From Microcoleus sp. (GTDB taxonomy: Bacteria; Cyanobacteriota; Cyanobacteriia; Cyanobacteriales; Microcoleaceae), in NCBI GenBank assembly GCA_052279835.1, contig CP181291.1, positions 5,184,001 to 5,248,000 on the forward strand: DNA of 64,000 nucleotides, given 5' to 3'. This document shows positions 8,713 to 18,045 of the stretch, one piece after another; the stretch's first letter is position 1; each line of letters opens with the position of its first letter. The position numbers and the translations under genes were made by a program. A model generated the notes under the pieces. That model was not told the DNA's origin. It saw only the letters and a list, made by a program, of their open reading frames with translations, and ran no database searches.

Positions 8713-10152
8713 TTAAGATGCTGAAGTTACCGAGGGAGTGCGATCGCCCACATCCTCCAACCAGACATTAGGTAATTGACTAGGGCGAGTTGGTAATTCC
8801 ATCAAACCCATTTCTGCCAACCTGACGACGTTGCCGAGGGTATCGACTAAGGCTGGATCGAAACGACTGCCACTAATTTCCCGGCACTTTTCCCAAGCTG
8901 CTGTCAAACCCAAGGCTGGACGATCGCCCCGCCCTTGAGTCCAGTCTTGAAAACACGCAACCAAGCCCAAAATCCGGGAAGCGATCGGTATTTCTTCTCC
9001 TCGCAAACCGTCTGGCCTACCGCTGCCGTCCCAGTGTTCGAGTTTATGCTTGACAATTTCGGCTACAGGTGATAGTTCCGGCATGGCTTGCAACAGTTGG
9101 GAACCGATGAAACTGCGATCGCGCCAAAATGTGAGAGTCTGTGGGTCAAAGCGATCGGGGGTTTGGGTGAACACCTCATTAGGGGCGGAAACTAACCCGA
9201 CTCGAAACAGCAATCCCGCCAACCGCAGCCGCCGCAACTGCAAAGCCGGCAAATCCAGAAGTTGCCCCAAAGTTTCCGACAAAGCCGCCACTTGCAAAGA
9301 CGCGGTGGGATTTGCGGTATCGCGTTCATCCACGCGCTGGGCCATCCGCAGAAAAGCTTGAAGTTTATTGGCATTCAAGTTGCGACTCACGCGCAGGGCT
9401 TGACCTTCCAATTCCCATAAGTCACGGGTTTGGCGGTTAATTGCCACCATTTGCTGCTGAGAACTTTGCAAGTAAGTCACGATCCGCGACACTACCCCGC
9501 TAATGTCTGCTAGGGGCGGGCCTACGGTGGTGAGGATTTCTCCGTAAAGTTGCAGCAGTTGGTCTGCCAAAGCCTTATCGTAATGTCGTGTTTGTTCTAT
9601 AAAAATTTTTGCAGCCTCCGACACCAAAGATTGGTCAAAGGACCACAAGCCGTAGAATTTTCTTTCTGTATCGATTTCTGGCTTACCTTGGGGCTGGTAT
9701 TCTTGGTGTGAAAGTTCGCGACAAAGCACCATGGCTTTGTAGGTTGGGGCGAGGATAATTAAATTCCATTCCTGGACTATGGGGTCGATCGGATCGAGAT
9801 TTATTAAAGATACATTTTCTAATTGACCAGTTTTGTGGTTTGCAAAACCGCTGTCGGCTACTGCACCGATGACAACCCGTCGAGATGCCTTAGCAATATC
9901 AAAGTAGCGATCGGCTTCTTGCAAATACCATTTTCCTTGCTGGAATGTGACCAACACTAGGGGTTTGACTTCTTGTTCTCCCCCCCCACTGGTTTGCAAG
10001 ATGTGGTCTTCTAGGGCGTGACACAGGGCTACTAAGGTATTTTTGAAATAAACGCCGTAGCTAGAAGGCAGTTTATTGTCGGGAAGTGTAGCTTGTAATC
10101 TGGCGAGAGTTGATTCTGGATTCATTACAAAAGGCGGTGCCGGCTTCTTCAT
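8713..10152 (-). CDS. DICT sensory domain plus degenerate HD-GYP-like domain (start may be 10125)
   Basis: YFKNTLVALCHALED and FQQGKWYLQEADRY (DICT); EHWDGSGRPDGLRGEEIP and FDP (HD-GYP). Confidence 0.85.
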   Translation of the reverse strand: MKKPAPPFVMNPESTLARLQATLPDNKLPSSYGVYFKNTLVALCHALEDHILQTSGGGEQEVKPLVLVTFQQGKWYLQEADRYFDIAKASRRVVIGAVADSGFANHKTGQLENVSLINLDPIDPIVQEWNLIILAPTYKAMVLCRELSHQEYQPQGKPEIDTERKFYGLWSFDQSLVSEAAKIFIEQTRHYDKALADQLLQLYGEILTTVGPPLADISGVVSRIVTYLQSSQQQMVAINRQTRDLWELEGQALRVSRNLNANKLQAFLRMAQRVDERDTANPTASLQVAALSETLGQLLDLPALQLRRLRLAGLLFRVGLVSAPNEVFTQTPDRFDPQTLTFWRDRSFIGSQLLQAMPELSPVAEIVKHKLEHWDGSGRPDGLRGEEIPIASRILGLVACFQDWTQGRGDRPALGLTAAWEKCREISGSRFDPALVDTLGNVVRLAEMGLMELPTRPSQLPNVWLEDVGDRTPSVTSAS

Positions 10153-10400
10153 TCATTGTAGCGGGCGATCGCACTTCTGGAAAATATCAATTTTTCGAGA
10201 GGGAAATTTGGGATTTTTCACCCCCCCAATAGCAGCTTTCCAAGGCCCTGGCTGATACTGGAGCCAGCTAGCGAGCGCAACTTTTTCTACAATCTGTGTC
10301 TGTTGCTGATATGTTTTCCTGGGGAAACCTGTCTTGAGGAAGACTCCAGATCCCTTAGCTATTATCTACTATTTTTAATACCATACACGGACATAAAAGA

Positions 10401-11141
10401 GTGATTCAACCAGAGCGGAGTTTAGGGGAACAGGCGATCGACAAAGTAGTTGAAATTGCAATTTCTAGCCAACTGGACGAATCTGAAAGTTTGTCTGTCA
10501 ACGTCGAAACCCAGCCCATGCAGTTAGCTCAGGGCGAGGTAGATTCAGTCACCATCAACGGTGAAGGTTTGGTGCTCAAGCAAGACTTGCGCGTCGCCCA
10601 ATTGGAAGTCAAAGTAAACGATATTTCTGTAAATCCCCTCAGTGCCATGTTTGGCAAAATTGAACTCAACGGGCCAGCGATGGGTGAGGCCCGTGCAGTT
10701 TTAACAGAAAGCGACATCAACCGTGCTTTTAACTCAGCATACATCAGCCAGAAGCTGCGGGAATTAAAAGTTAAGCGCGACGGAAAAACCCTGACAATTG
10801 ATATTCAATCTGTGCAGTGTCAGTTGCTCTCATCGGCTAAAATCGCTTTAGAAGCGGAGGTATTGGTACGGGAGACAGATGCTCGGGAAAAAATTTATTT
10901 TACAGCCAAACCTCAAATAGATGCCGGCGGTTGGGCTGTTTCTCTTCAGGATGTGGAATACCCCGAAAATCAGGAGTTTTCGCCGGATTTGACCGTAGCG
11001 TTGGCTGCCAAAGCCAGTGAAGTTTTAGACTTGCGAAATTTTGAATTGGAGGGAATGTCCCTGCAAATTCAGGAGTTGAATGTGGAAGCTGGTGTACTAA
11101 CATTGAAGGCTCTAGCAAAAGTCGCCAATTTTCCTACATAA
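10401..11141 (+). CDS. DUF2993 / LmeA-like protein
   Basis: LAQGEVDSVTING, LTESDINRAFN, LDLRNFEL. Confidence 0.8.
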   Translation: MIQPERSLGEQAIDKVVEIAISSQLDESESLSVNVETQPMQLAQGEVDSVTINGEGLVLKQDLRVAQLEVKVNDISVNPLSAMFGKIELNGPAMGEARAVLTESDINRAFNSAYISQKLRELKVKRDGKTLTIDIQSVQCQLLSSAKIALEAEVLVRETDAREKIYFTAKPQIDAGGWAVSLQDVEYPENQEFSPDLTVALAAKASEVLDLRNFELEGMSLQIQELNVEAGVLTLKALAKVANFPT

Positions 11142-11380
11142 ACACAGTGAATACGCAGATACCAGAAACTTTAAATAAGTCTGGTATCTTAACTTATCTC
11201 TATTTTGACATTTTTTTAATTAAATGTTTGTAGGAGATTTTTAAAACTTTCGAGCCATCCATCTAAAGTTATAAAAAAGTTTACTAAGAGCAGCCAACAA
11301 CTATCACTGGCGCTAGAGGTGAAAAAGCAAATTTTATTTGTATACTTTACAAGTATTGCTTGAAAGTTTGGGAATATTTT

Positions 11381-11953
11381 GTGAACGCTCTAACTACTTT
11401 TGTAAAAAAACTACGCATCGGTCAAATCTTGACTGTTTTTCTAGCAGGTTTGTTAGTATTCACTAGCACTGCTTGCAACGCGGGTGATGTTCGCGGTGCT
11501 CGGCCCGACAACCCTGCCGTTCAAGCTGGAGGAATGAATAATCCTCAAAAAGCTGGCGGTGATGGATACACTAATTATAAAACCTCCACCGATCCCAAGG
11601 TAAATCAGCAGCCTGGTACAGCCGAAAAAAATCGGGCTGATTTGTCTATAACAGACGATCGCCTTTTGGCCACGACTACCACTGAGTCTAATTCTTCCAA
11701 GTTGCTTTATCCTGGTTCTGAACCCCTGGAAACTGATAAGTTTGACCGGGAACTCGCAGGAGATAAAGATCTCTTAAACGCACCGGATGGACAGCCCGCT
11801 GAACGCCAACCTGTATTCGATCGCAGCGATCCAGATGCCAAGATTTTGGAGAGAGTAGGGGCGGCTTTTAAGGATGCTTCCAGTTTCCTGAAAGATAGCA
11901 CTGAAGATGCTAAGGAAAGTTCCGTTACCAAACTCAATCCTCTGCAAAAATAA
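11381..11953 (+). CDS. Conserved cyanobacterial lipoprotein-like hypothetical protein
   Basis: GTG at 11381 (ORF opens at 11360); hydrophobic signal ending STAC (lipobox-like), then a hydrophilic low-complexity body. Confidence 0.65.
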   Translation: MNALTTFVKKLRIGQILTVFLAGLLVFTSTACNAGDVRGARPDNPAVQAGGMNNPQKAGGDGYTNYKTSTDPKVNQQPGTAEKNRADLSITDDRLLATTTTESNSSKLLYPGSEPLETDKFDRELAGDKDLLNAPDGQPAERQPVFDRSDPDAKILERVGAAFKDASSFLKDSTEDAKESSVTKLNPLQK

Positions 11954-11980
11954 GGTACGGATATAAATTAATATCAATCA

Positions 11981-12018
11981 AGGGGAGCGATCGCCACTCG
12001 AACGATCGCTCCCTTTAT
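11981..12018 (+). terminator. Putative intrinsic terminator
   Basis: AGGGGAGCGATCG...CGATCGCTCCCT stem followed by TTATT. Confidence 0.55.
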
Positions 12019-12164
12019 TGATATTTATTAAGCCCATTTTCCAAAAAAACAGCATAGCCACAGCCCCGACTTCTGCAAGAAATCGGGGCTTTAAAGTGTG
12101 ATATATATGCCAGGAGTAATTCCTATTGCTCTCCAAGCTTTTTCAGATCTAAAACAAGTTTGTG

Positions 12165-12359
12165 TTATCGACCTTGTGACTCAGAAACATCTGCTATCAA
12201 ATCATCTTTATCAACTTTCGGGACAAAATCAGGTCGTTCTTTGGATTCCCAACCGGGGGGGCGCTTGGAGTTGTACCAAGCAATGGAGCCAATACTAACC
12301 GCAGCCACAAATCCAACACCAAGAACTGCGAGGGGAATCATTAGGTTGCTATCTACCAT
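12165..12359 (-). CDS. psb35: Small single-TM protein, Psb35-like photosystem II assembly factor
   Basis: GFVAAVSIGSIAWYNSKRPPGWE...PDFVPK; family recognised from memory. Confidence 0.65.
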   Translation of the reverse strand: MVDSNLMIPLAVLGVGFVAAVSIGSIAWYNSKRPPGWESKERPDFVPKVDKDDLIADVSESQGR

Positions 12360-12524
12360 TTTGTGCAAATCCTTATTTACTCTACTTATCTAGTATCTTA
12401 TCTGCTAAGCGCCCTAACTCAATGTATCTCAAGATAGAAAAAGTGTCGGAGTTGAGATGGGAGAATTATTCCCACGGCTGAATCCGGGGCCCCGGACTCC
12501 TTTGGTTTCGGTGATAATGTTGAG

Positions 12525-15500
12525 ATGTTGGAAATTGGAGCTAATTTGATTATGCTGTTGTCGATCGCATTGTTATTAGTCGCCAGTTTCGCGATCGGTG
12601 CTTTACCACTAACGGGTTGGGCGGTGAGAGTCTTTGCGGGCAAAGATTTGAGGGTATTGGGTACCGGCAATATTGGCGTGTCAGCGGCTTTCATTCACGG
12701 CGGAAAGGTAGCGGGAATTGCTGCGGTGTTGGCGGAAATTGCCAGAGGTATGATACCAGTTTTGGCGGGGCGATTTTGGTTCCCCGATACACCTGCGATC
12801 GCCCTTACCCTGTTAATTCCTCTAGTTGCGGGCAGATATGCGATCGCCCGTGGAGGAGGAGTCACCAACGCTGTTTGGGGTATTTTCGCCTTTTCCCCAG
12901 CGGTGGCTATCACAGCGGGCATTTTTGGGTTGCTGGTGTGGCGTTTGGCTGAGGTTGTGTGGAGTAAGGGCGATCGAGCGCGGCTGTTTGCTTCCCGTTG
13001 CGGATGTCTGTGCACCCCAATCTGGCTTTGGCTATGGCGACAAAATACCACAGAATTTTTAGCAGCGGCAGGATTAGCCGGTTTACTGTTCACAATTAGT
13101 CTGCGTCAGGGTGATGATATGGCCTTATCTAAATCGGAAAAATTGCTCTCTCTCGATGACTCATTAGATGCGAAAGTCTGTGGCGATAAAGCTGCGAAAT
13201 TGTCTATACTGAAACGAGCCAAATTTAATGTACCTCCCGGTTGGATCTTATTACAAGGCAACCCCACCCTAACCGCCAAGGGTCCAAGTCAACCCCCCCC
13301 TACCCCCCCCAAGGGGGGAAGTCAACCGCCCCTTAACGCCTTGGGGGGAAGTCAACCCCCCCCTACCCCCCCCAAGGGGGGAAAGAAAGAGGGAAGAAAA
13401 CATGAGGAATTGTCAATTTCTGATGCTGTAATCCAACATCTCACATCCCAAATTTCCAATCAGATGATTGTGCGCTCTTCTGCTGTAGGAGAAGACGGCG
13501 ATATTAGTTCCGCAGCGGGACAATATGAAACTATTGGGCCTGTTTCAACGGAAGCTCAATTGCGGGAGGCAATTAATCGTTGTCGCCAGTCTTATTGGAC
13601 TTCCGAAGCAGTGGCTTACCGTCGCCAGCGACAATTGCCTGATACCCAAATGGCTGTTTTAATTCAGCCTTATATTGACGGCCAAGTTGCGGGAGTCATG
13701 TTCACCCGCAATCCTTTAGACGGGGGTTGTCAGGTAATTATTGAAGCTTTACCGGGAGGAGCAGAATCTGTTGTTGGCGGACAAATTACTCCGGTTCATT
13801 TGGAAATTGATTTTAGTACATCTGAGTCACTACAAGCAAGTTTTATTAAACTTGAAAATAATTCATTTATTGCTCATTCGATTGTAGCAGAATTGGTAAA
13901 ACAAGCGCAAGCAATCGAAGCATTTTTTCATGGGATACCGCAGGATATTGAGTGGAGTTGGGATGGTGAGCAAATTTGGATTTTACAAAGCCGCCCGATT
14001 ACTAATTTGCAGCCCTTCTGGACGCGAACTATTGCTGCTGAAGTGATTCCCGGTGCAATTCGTCCGCTAACTTGGTCGATTAATCGCCCGCTGACTTGTG
14101 GAGTTTGGGGAGAAATTTTTCAGGTGGTTTTGGGCGATCGCGCTGCTAATTTAAACTTTAATGAAACTGCCACTTTGCTGGGTTCTCATGCTTATTTTAA
14201 TGCTACTTTGTTGGGCGAAATTTTTCGGATGATGGGATTACCGGAGCAGGGTTTGGAATTTTTGCTGAGAGGGCAAAAAATGGGCAAGCCACCTTTGGGG
14301 AAGATTTTGCCATCTTTGCCCGGTTTGTGGCGTTTGGTGCAGCGAGAGATGGCGCTCAATCGAGAATTCAAGGGCGATCTTACTGATATTTTCCTACCTG
14401 CAATCCAAAAATTAGAGAAGTCAGAAGTCAACCCTCCCCTACCTCAAGTCAACCCTCCCCTAGCCCAAGTCAACCCCCCCCAGCCCCAAGTCAACCCCCC
14501 CCTACCTCAAGTCAACCCTCCCCTACCTCAAGTCAACCCCCTTCTACCCCAAGTCAACCCCCCCCTACCCCCCCCAAGGGGGGAAAGAAGAGGGGAAAAT
14601 GCTCAAGATTTAATGGGATTGTTGGAGAGAGTACAGCAAATTCAGGAGTGGCTAAAACCTATTACTTACTACAATATATTAGGTCCGATCGGGCTGGCAA
14701 TTCGTAAAGCAATTTTTCGGGTTCCCGATGAATGGTTAGACAATGATAATGCACCGGAAATTGCATCGGTAAGAGCTTTGCAGCAGTTAGCCCAAAAGTT
14801 GCGACAAGCTGGGATGTCGCAATCGGATGAAAATATTTCAACTGCAAAATTAGCCCAGATATTTGCTGAAAGTTCTGCTTTACAAGCGGAATTTGCCCAG
14901 TGGCTTGATAGTTACGGATATTTGAGCGAAGTGGGTACGGATATTGCTGTTGCTACTTGGCGCGAACAACCGGAAGCTTACCAGAAGTTGCTCCTAACTA
15001 TGGCACAAAAATCGGCGGTAACTAATTTAGATGGAACTGGAAAATTAGGGTTGACTTTTTGGCAGAAATGGCGATTAGATAAATGTCAGGAAAGAGCGAG
15101 AGTCAAAAATGAAATTAGCCAAGTCTACGCCCGGTTGTTGGCTCATTTGCGCTGGACTTTTTTGGCCATAGAAGCTGAGGGCTTAGCCATGGGTGTATTT
15201 CAGGAAGCTGGGGATATCTTTTATTTGGAATTTGGGGAGATTCAGCAGTGGATACGCAGTGGCGATCGTGTTTCGTTTCAGGATACTATTAGAGCAAGGC
15301 GCGCACAGCTAAAAGTCGATCGCCTCCGCCCGATTCCTCCTGTAGTATATGGCAATCTACTGCCAAATTCTCAGGAAAAGACGAGAACACCAGCGACATC
15401 TACAACTAAAATCATCCAGGGAATTCCCGCAAGTATCGGCCGTGTCGAAGGCTTGGTCAAGATTTGTCGCACCGTGACTACAGATTTACCAGAAAATGCG

Positions 15501-15722
15501 ATCGTAGTAGTTCCTTACACCGATGCAGGTTGGGCACCGCTGCTATTAGGAGCAACAGCAATTATATCTGAAGTTGGCGGCCAACTATCTCACGGAGCAA
15601 TTATCGCTCGCGAGTATAAAATTCCCGCAGTCATGAATATTCCAGAAGCTACAACACGCTTCCGAGACGGTCAAAAAGTGCGAGTAGACGGATATCTGGG
15701 CACTGTAGAATTACTCGAATAA
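12525..15722 (+). CDS. PlsY-like membrane domain fused to PEP/pyruvate-binding (ATP-grasp) and phospho-His swivel domains
   Basis: GKDLRVLGTGNIG (PlsY motif 1-like); GDKAAKL, IVRSSAVGED, AAGQYET, QDIEW, LQSRPIT; TDAGW and GGQLSHGAIIAREY. Confidence 0.88.
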   Translation: MLEIGANLIMLLSIALLLVASFAIGALPLTGWAVRVFAGKDLRVLGTGNIGVSAAFIHGGKVAGIAAVLAEIARGMIPVLAGRFWFPDTPAIALTLLIPLVAGRYAIARGGGVTNAVWGIFAFSPAVAITAGIFGLLVWRLAEVVWSKGDRARLFASRCGCLCTPIWLWLWRQNTTEFLAAAGLAGLLFTISLRQGDDMALSKSEKLLSLDDSLDAKVCGDKAAKLSILKRAKFNVPPGWILLQGNPTLTAKGPSQPPPTPPKGGSQPPLNALGGSQPPPTPPKGGKKEGRKHEELSISDAVIQHLTSQISNQMIVRSSAVGEDGDISSAAGQYETIGPVSTEAQLREAINRCRQSYWTSEAVAYRRQRQLPDTQMAVLIQPYIDGQVAGVMFTRNPLDGGCQVIIEALPGGAESVVGGQITPVHLEIDFSTSESLQASFIKLENNSFIAHSIVAELVKQAQAIEAFFHGIPQDIEWSWDGEQIWILQSRPITNLQPFWTRTIAAEVIPGAIRPLTWSINRPLTCGVWGEIFQVVLGDRAANLNFNETATLLGSHAYFNATLLGEIFRMMGLPEQGLEFLLRGQKMGKPPLGKILPSLPGLWRLVQREMALNREFKGDLTDIFLPAIQKLEKSEVNPPLPQVNPPLAQVNPPQPQVNPPLPQVNPPLPQVNPLLPQVNPPLPPPRGERRGENAQDLMGLLERVQQIQEWLKPITYYNILGPIGLAIRKAIFRVPDEWLDNDNAPEIASVRALQQLAQKLRQAGMSQSDENISTAKLAQIFAESSALQAEFAQWLDSYGYLSEVGTDIAVATWREQPEAYQKLLLTMAQKSAVTNLDGTGKLGLTFWQKWRLDKCQERARVKNEISQVYARLLAHLRWTFLAIEAEGLAMGVFQEAGDIFYLEFGEIQQWIRSGDRVSFQDTIRARRAQLKVDRLRPIPPVVYGNLLPNSQEKTRTPATSTTKIIQGIPASIGRVEGLVKICRTVTTDLPENAIVVVPYTDAGWAPLLLGATAIISEVGGQLSHGAIIAREYKIPAVMNIPEATTRFRDGQKVRVDGYLGTVELLE
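13259..13396 (+). repeat. In-frame insertion of a C/G-tract repeat element
   Basis: Several AAGTCAACCCCCCCCTACCCCCCCCAAGGGGGG units read as SQPPPTPPKGG. Confidence 0.8.
14425..14586 (+). repeat. 21-bp tandem repeat x7, in frame
   Basis: AAGTCAACCCTCCCCTACCTC units encode QVNPPLP and end in CCCCCCAAGGGGGGAA. Confidence 0.85.
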
Positions 15723-15754
15723 ACGGAAAGAAAAATGTAAAAATTCATACATTC

Positions 15755-15819
15755 TGTAGGGGCGGGTTCCAGCAACAATAATTGCCCAAAACAAACAATC
15801 TCGCAAACCCGCCCCCACA
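15755..15819. repeat. GTAG-type paired REP element between convergent genes
   Basis: TGTAGGGGCGGGTT ... AACCCGCCCCCACA. Confidence 0.65.
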
Positions 15820-15830
15820 AAAAACCTTTC

Positions 15831-17561
15831 CTAAGCCTTTAAGAAATTTTGGACAACATAGTTACCCACATTTCTGCCAGAACTTAAACCATCCACGTTA
15901 GCACTCATGAAATGGATGCCTCCGTAAAGGCGACTCATACCCGATTCATCAGCAGCTTGGGCAAAGTTGTCAAAAGTTCGCAAACTGTTAACAGTTTTAT
16001 CTCCTTTGTCCGCAAAGCCAAAATCCGAACCAAATACTGAGTTCATAACAGGCTCTGCCGCACCGCTAAAGGTACTGTGACCCGACGTGTACTCAGGGAA
16101 GGGCGGAGTTACCAGCAGCGGAGTCCACTGGGGGTCGGCTGTCGTGCTGGGGTTGTTGTCCGTATCAGCTTGGCGGATGGCTGTGACCGGCCGCCACAGG
16201 TTGTACTGGTACTTGGCATCCCACGAATTAATAGCTGCATCGGCTTCGGCAATATTTAGCAGGGCGAACAAGCGGGCGGTATCTTCGAGGGAGTTACCCG
16301 TCAGGGCCGATGCGTCTTGGGCGATTTGGTTCCAGTGGCCCGGAGGGGTAAAAGTACCTGCACCGTTGGCCCAAAATGTAGCAATGGCTGTTTGGTCTGG
16401 CGTCCGCGTGAGACTGTCAATGTTGCCGATTTCTTTGACGTAGTTCACTTCCTCTGCGTACTTGGCGCTGTCGAGGGCGGGAGGGCCGGCAGGACGGAAT
16501 TGGGAACCGCTAGTCATCGCAAAGGGAGTAACCCCTGACCACTGTGGCAGCAAGCCAGAAGCCAAAGCGGGGGGAGTCGGCACCCAAAAACCGGGGCCTG
16601 TTGGCGGGTTGTACTGCACTACTTTGGTTGCACCGTCTGTACTCCGCCAACTAATCATGTTGTCGGCAACCTTTTCTCCCAGGGCGATGCCGTCGTCTTT
16701 GGATTTGCCATCGGGGATTTTGGCTAGAGACGATGCGTAGGTTTCATTGAATTTGACAGCTTGGGCTGGGTAAAGGCTGACTAAGACGCGGTGGGCGGCC
16801 GCCGCCGTGGCTGCTTCTTCTGATGCGCCCGCTGGTGCATCTATTTGCACGCGGTAAGGGCTATATTTTTTACTGATGGAGTTAACAGCGTCGTAAATGG
16901 CTGCGTGAACCATTGCCATGTTGCGCGCAGCGAGGGGAGGTGCTGTGCTGGCAGTCCGCACGGCATCGAGGGTGGTGGCATTCCAGTCTGTGACAGCGTT
17001 TCCTGAGATGTGAGTTGTGAAGTTGTTGGGGTTGATGCTGCTACTGTTGACTCCCGGCAATACTGCTAAATACTCTCCCGTAAGTTTGTCTTGAATTATG
17101 GTGCTGTTGCTATTAGCATCGGTGCCTTGCTGGATGTTTAAATCTTCAAAGGTGAGGCCGTTTAGCAAGCGAATTTTGTCATTGCCGTTGCCGAAATCGC
17201 TGATGTAATCTGCTGTGGCAAAGGTTGTGCCTCCACTACCTTTGGCAAGGGCAAATATATCATCGCCTTCCCCACCGGTGATGGTATCGCTGTCTATACC
17301 ACCGTAAATGATATCGTTGCCGGAGTTGCCAACAATTAGGTCGCTACCTTTGCCTCCCCAGAGGATATCGTCATCTGCACCGCCAAAAATGCTATCGTTT
17401 CCTTGGTCGCCACAGATTTTGTCTTTGCCTCCATCCCCTTGGAGAAAGTCATCTCCACTATTGGCATAAATTATGTCGTTGCCATCCAGGGCACTAATTG
17501 TATCTGATGCGGATGTTCCTTCCAGATAGTCAAATTTGGGATTTCCAGTAAGAGATGCCAT
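15831..17561 (-). CDS. Vanadium-dependent haloperoxidase/PAP2-superfamily protein with N-terminal RTX Ca-binding repeats
   Basis: GGxGxD repeats; KYQYNLWRP, PEYTSGHS and SRLYGGIHF vanadate-binding motifs. Confidence 0.88.
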   Translation of the reverse strand: MASLTGNPKFDYLEGTSASDTISALDGNDIIYANSGDDFLQGDGGKDKICGDQGNDSIFGGADDDILWGGKGSDLIVGNSGNDIIYGGIDSDTITGGEGDDIFALAKGSGGTTFATADYISDFGNGNDKIRLLNGLTFEDLNIQQGTDANSNSTIIQDKLTGEYLAVLPGVNSSSINPNNFTTHISGNAVTDWNATTLDAVRTASTAPPLAARNMAMVHAAIYDAVNSISKKYSPYRVQIDAPAGASEEAATAAAAHRVLVSLYPAQAVKFNETYASSLAKIPDGKSKDDGIALGEKVADNMISWRSTDGATKVVQYNPPTGPGFWVPTPPALASGLLPQWSGVTPFAMTSGSQFRPAGPPALDSAKYAEEVNYVKEIGNIDSLTRTPDQTAIATFWANGAGTFTPPGHWNQIAQDASALTGNSLEDTARLFALLNIAEADAAINSWDAKYQYNLWRPVTAIRQADTDNNPSTTADPQWTPLLVTPPFPEYTSGHSTFSGAAEPVMNSVFGSDFGFADKGDKTVNSLRTFDNFAQAADESGMSRLYGGIHFMSANVDGLSSGRNVGNYVVQNFLKA

Positions 17562-17818
17562 GTCTATTGATTGGATATTTTGATTACATCGCCAAGATAG
17601 TTATTGTCTTTAGTAGATGCCCAGGTTGGTTTGTTGCTGGTTTCAGCTTACGCTATTTTATTGAATATAAGTAGCACAGCAATGAGAACTTTATGGAATC
17701 TTTAATATTTAATGGATTTTTTCTAAGTTTTTCAGGAGTGAGGAAGCGTAGTAAAAATGTACTCAAAAGTTCCTCAATTTCTGCTATTTTGTTTGATTTT
17801 TACAATCAAACATTTTTT

Positions 17819-17990
17819 TTAACAATTAGATATATAGATAAGTAGAAGGAAGAAGTCACCCCCTACCCCCCCCAAGGGGGGAAATTCAGGAAGAAGATCG
17901 ATGTGAAGAATAGCAAGCCAGTAAGCTTTTGAGCTATTTGGATCTTGCATTTAATTAGGTGGACTTACTTAACAATTAGATATATAGATA
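17819..17990. mobile_element. Small insertion flanked by 22-bp direct repeats
   Basis: TTAACAATTAGATATATAGATA at 17819-17840 and 17969-17990; contains a C/G-tract element at 17853-17883. Confidence 0.45.
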
Positions 17991-18045
17991 TATATTTTTT
18001 AAGCATCAAAAAAGCCAAGGAGCTAACTCATTAATTAAATATTGA

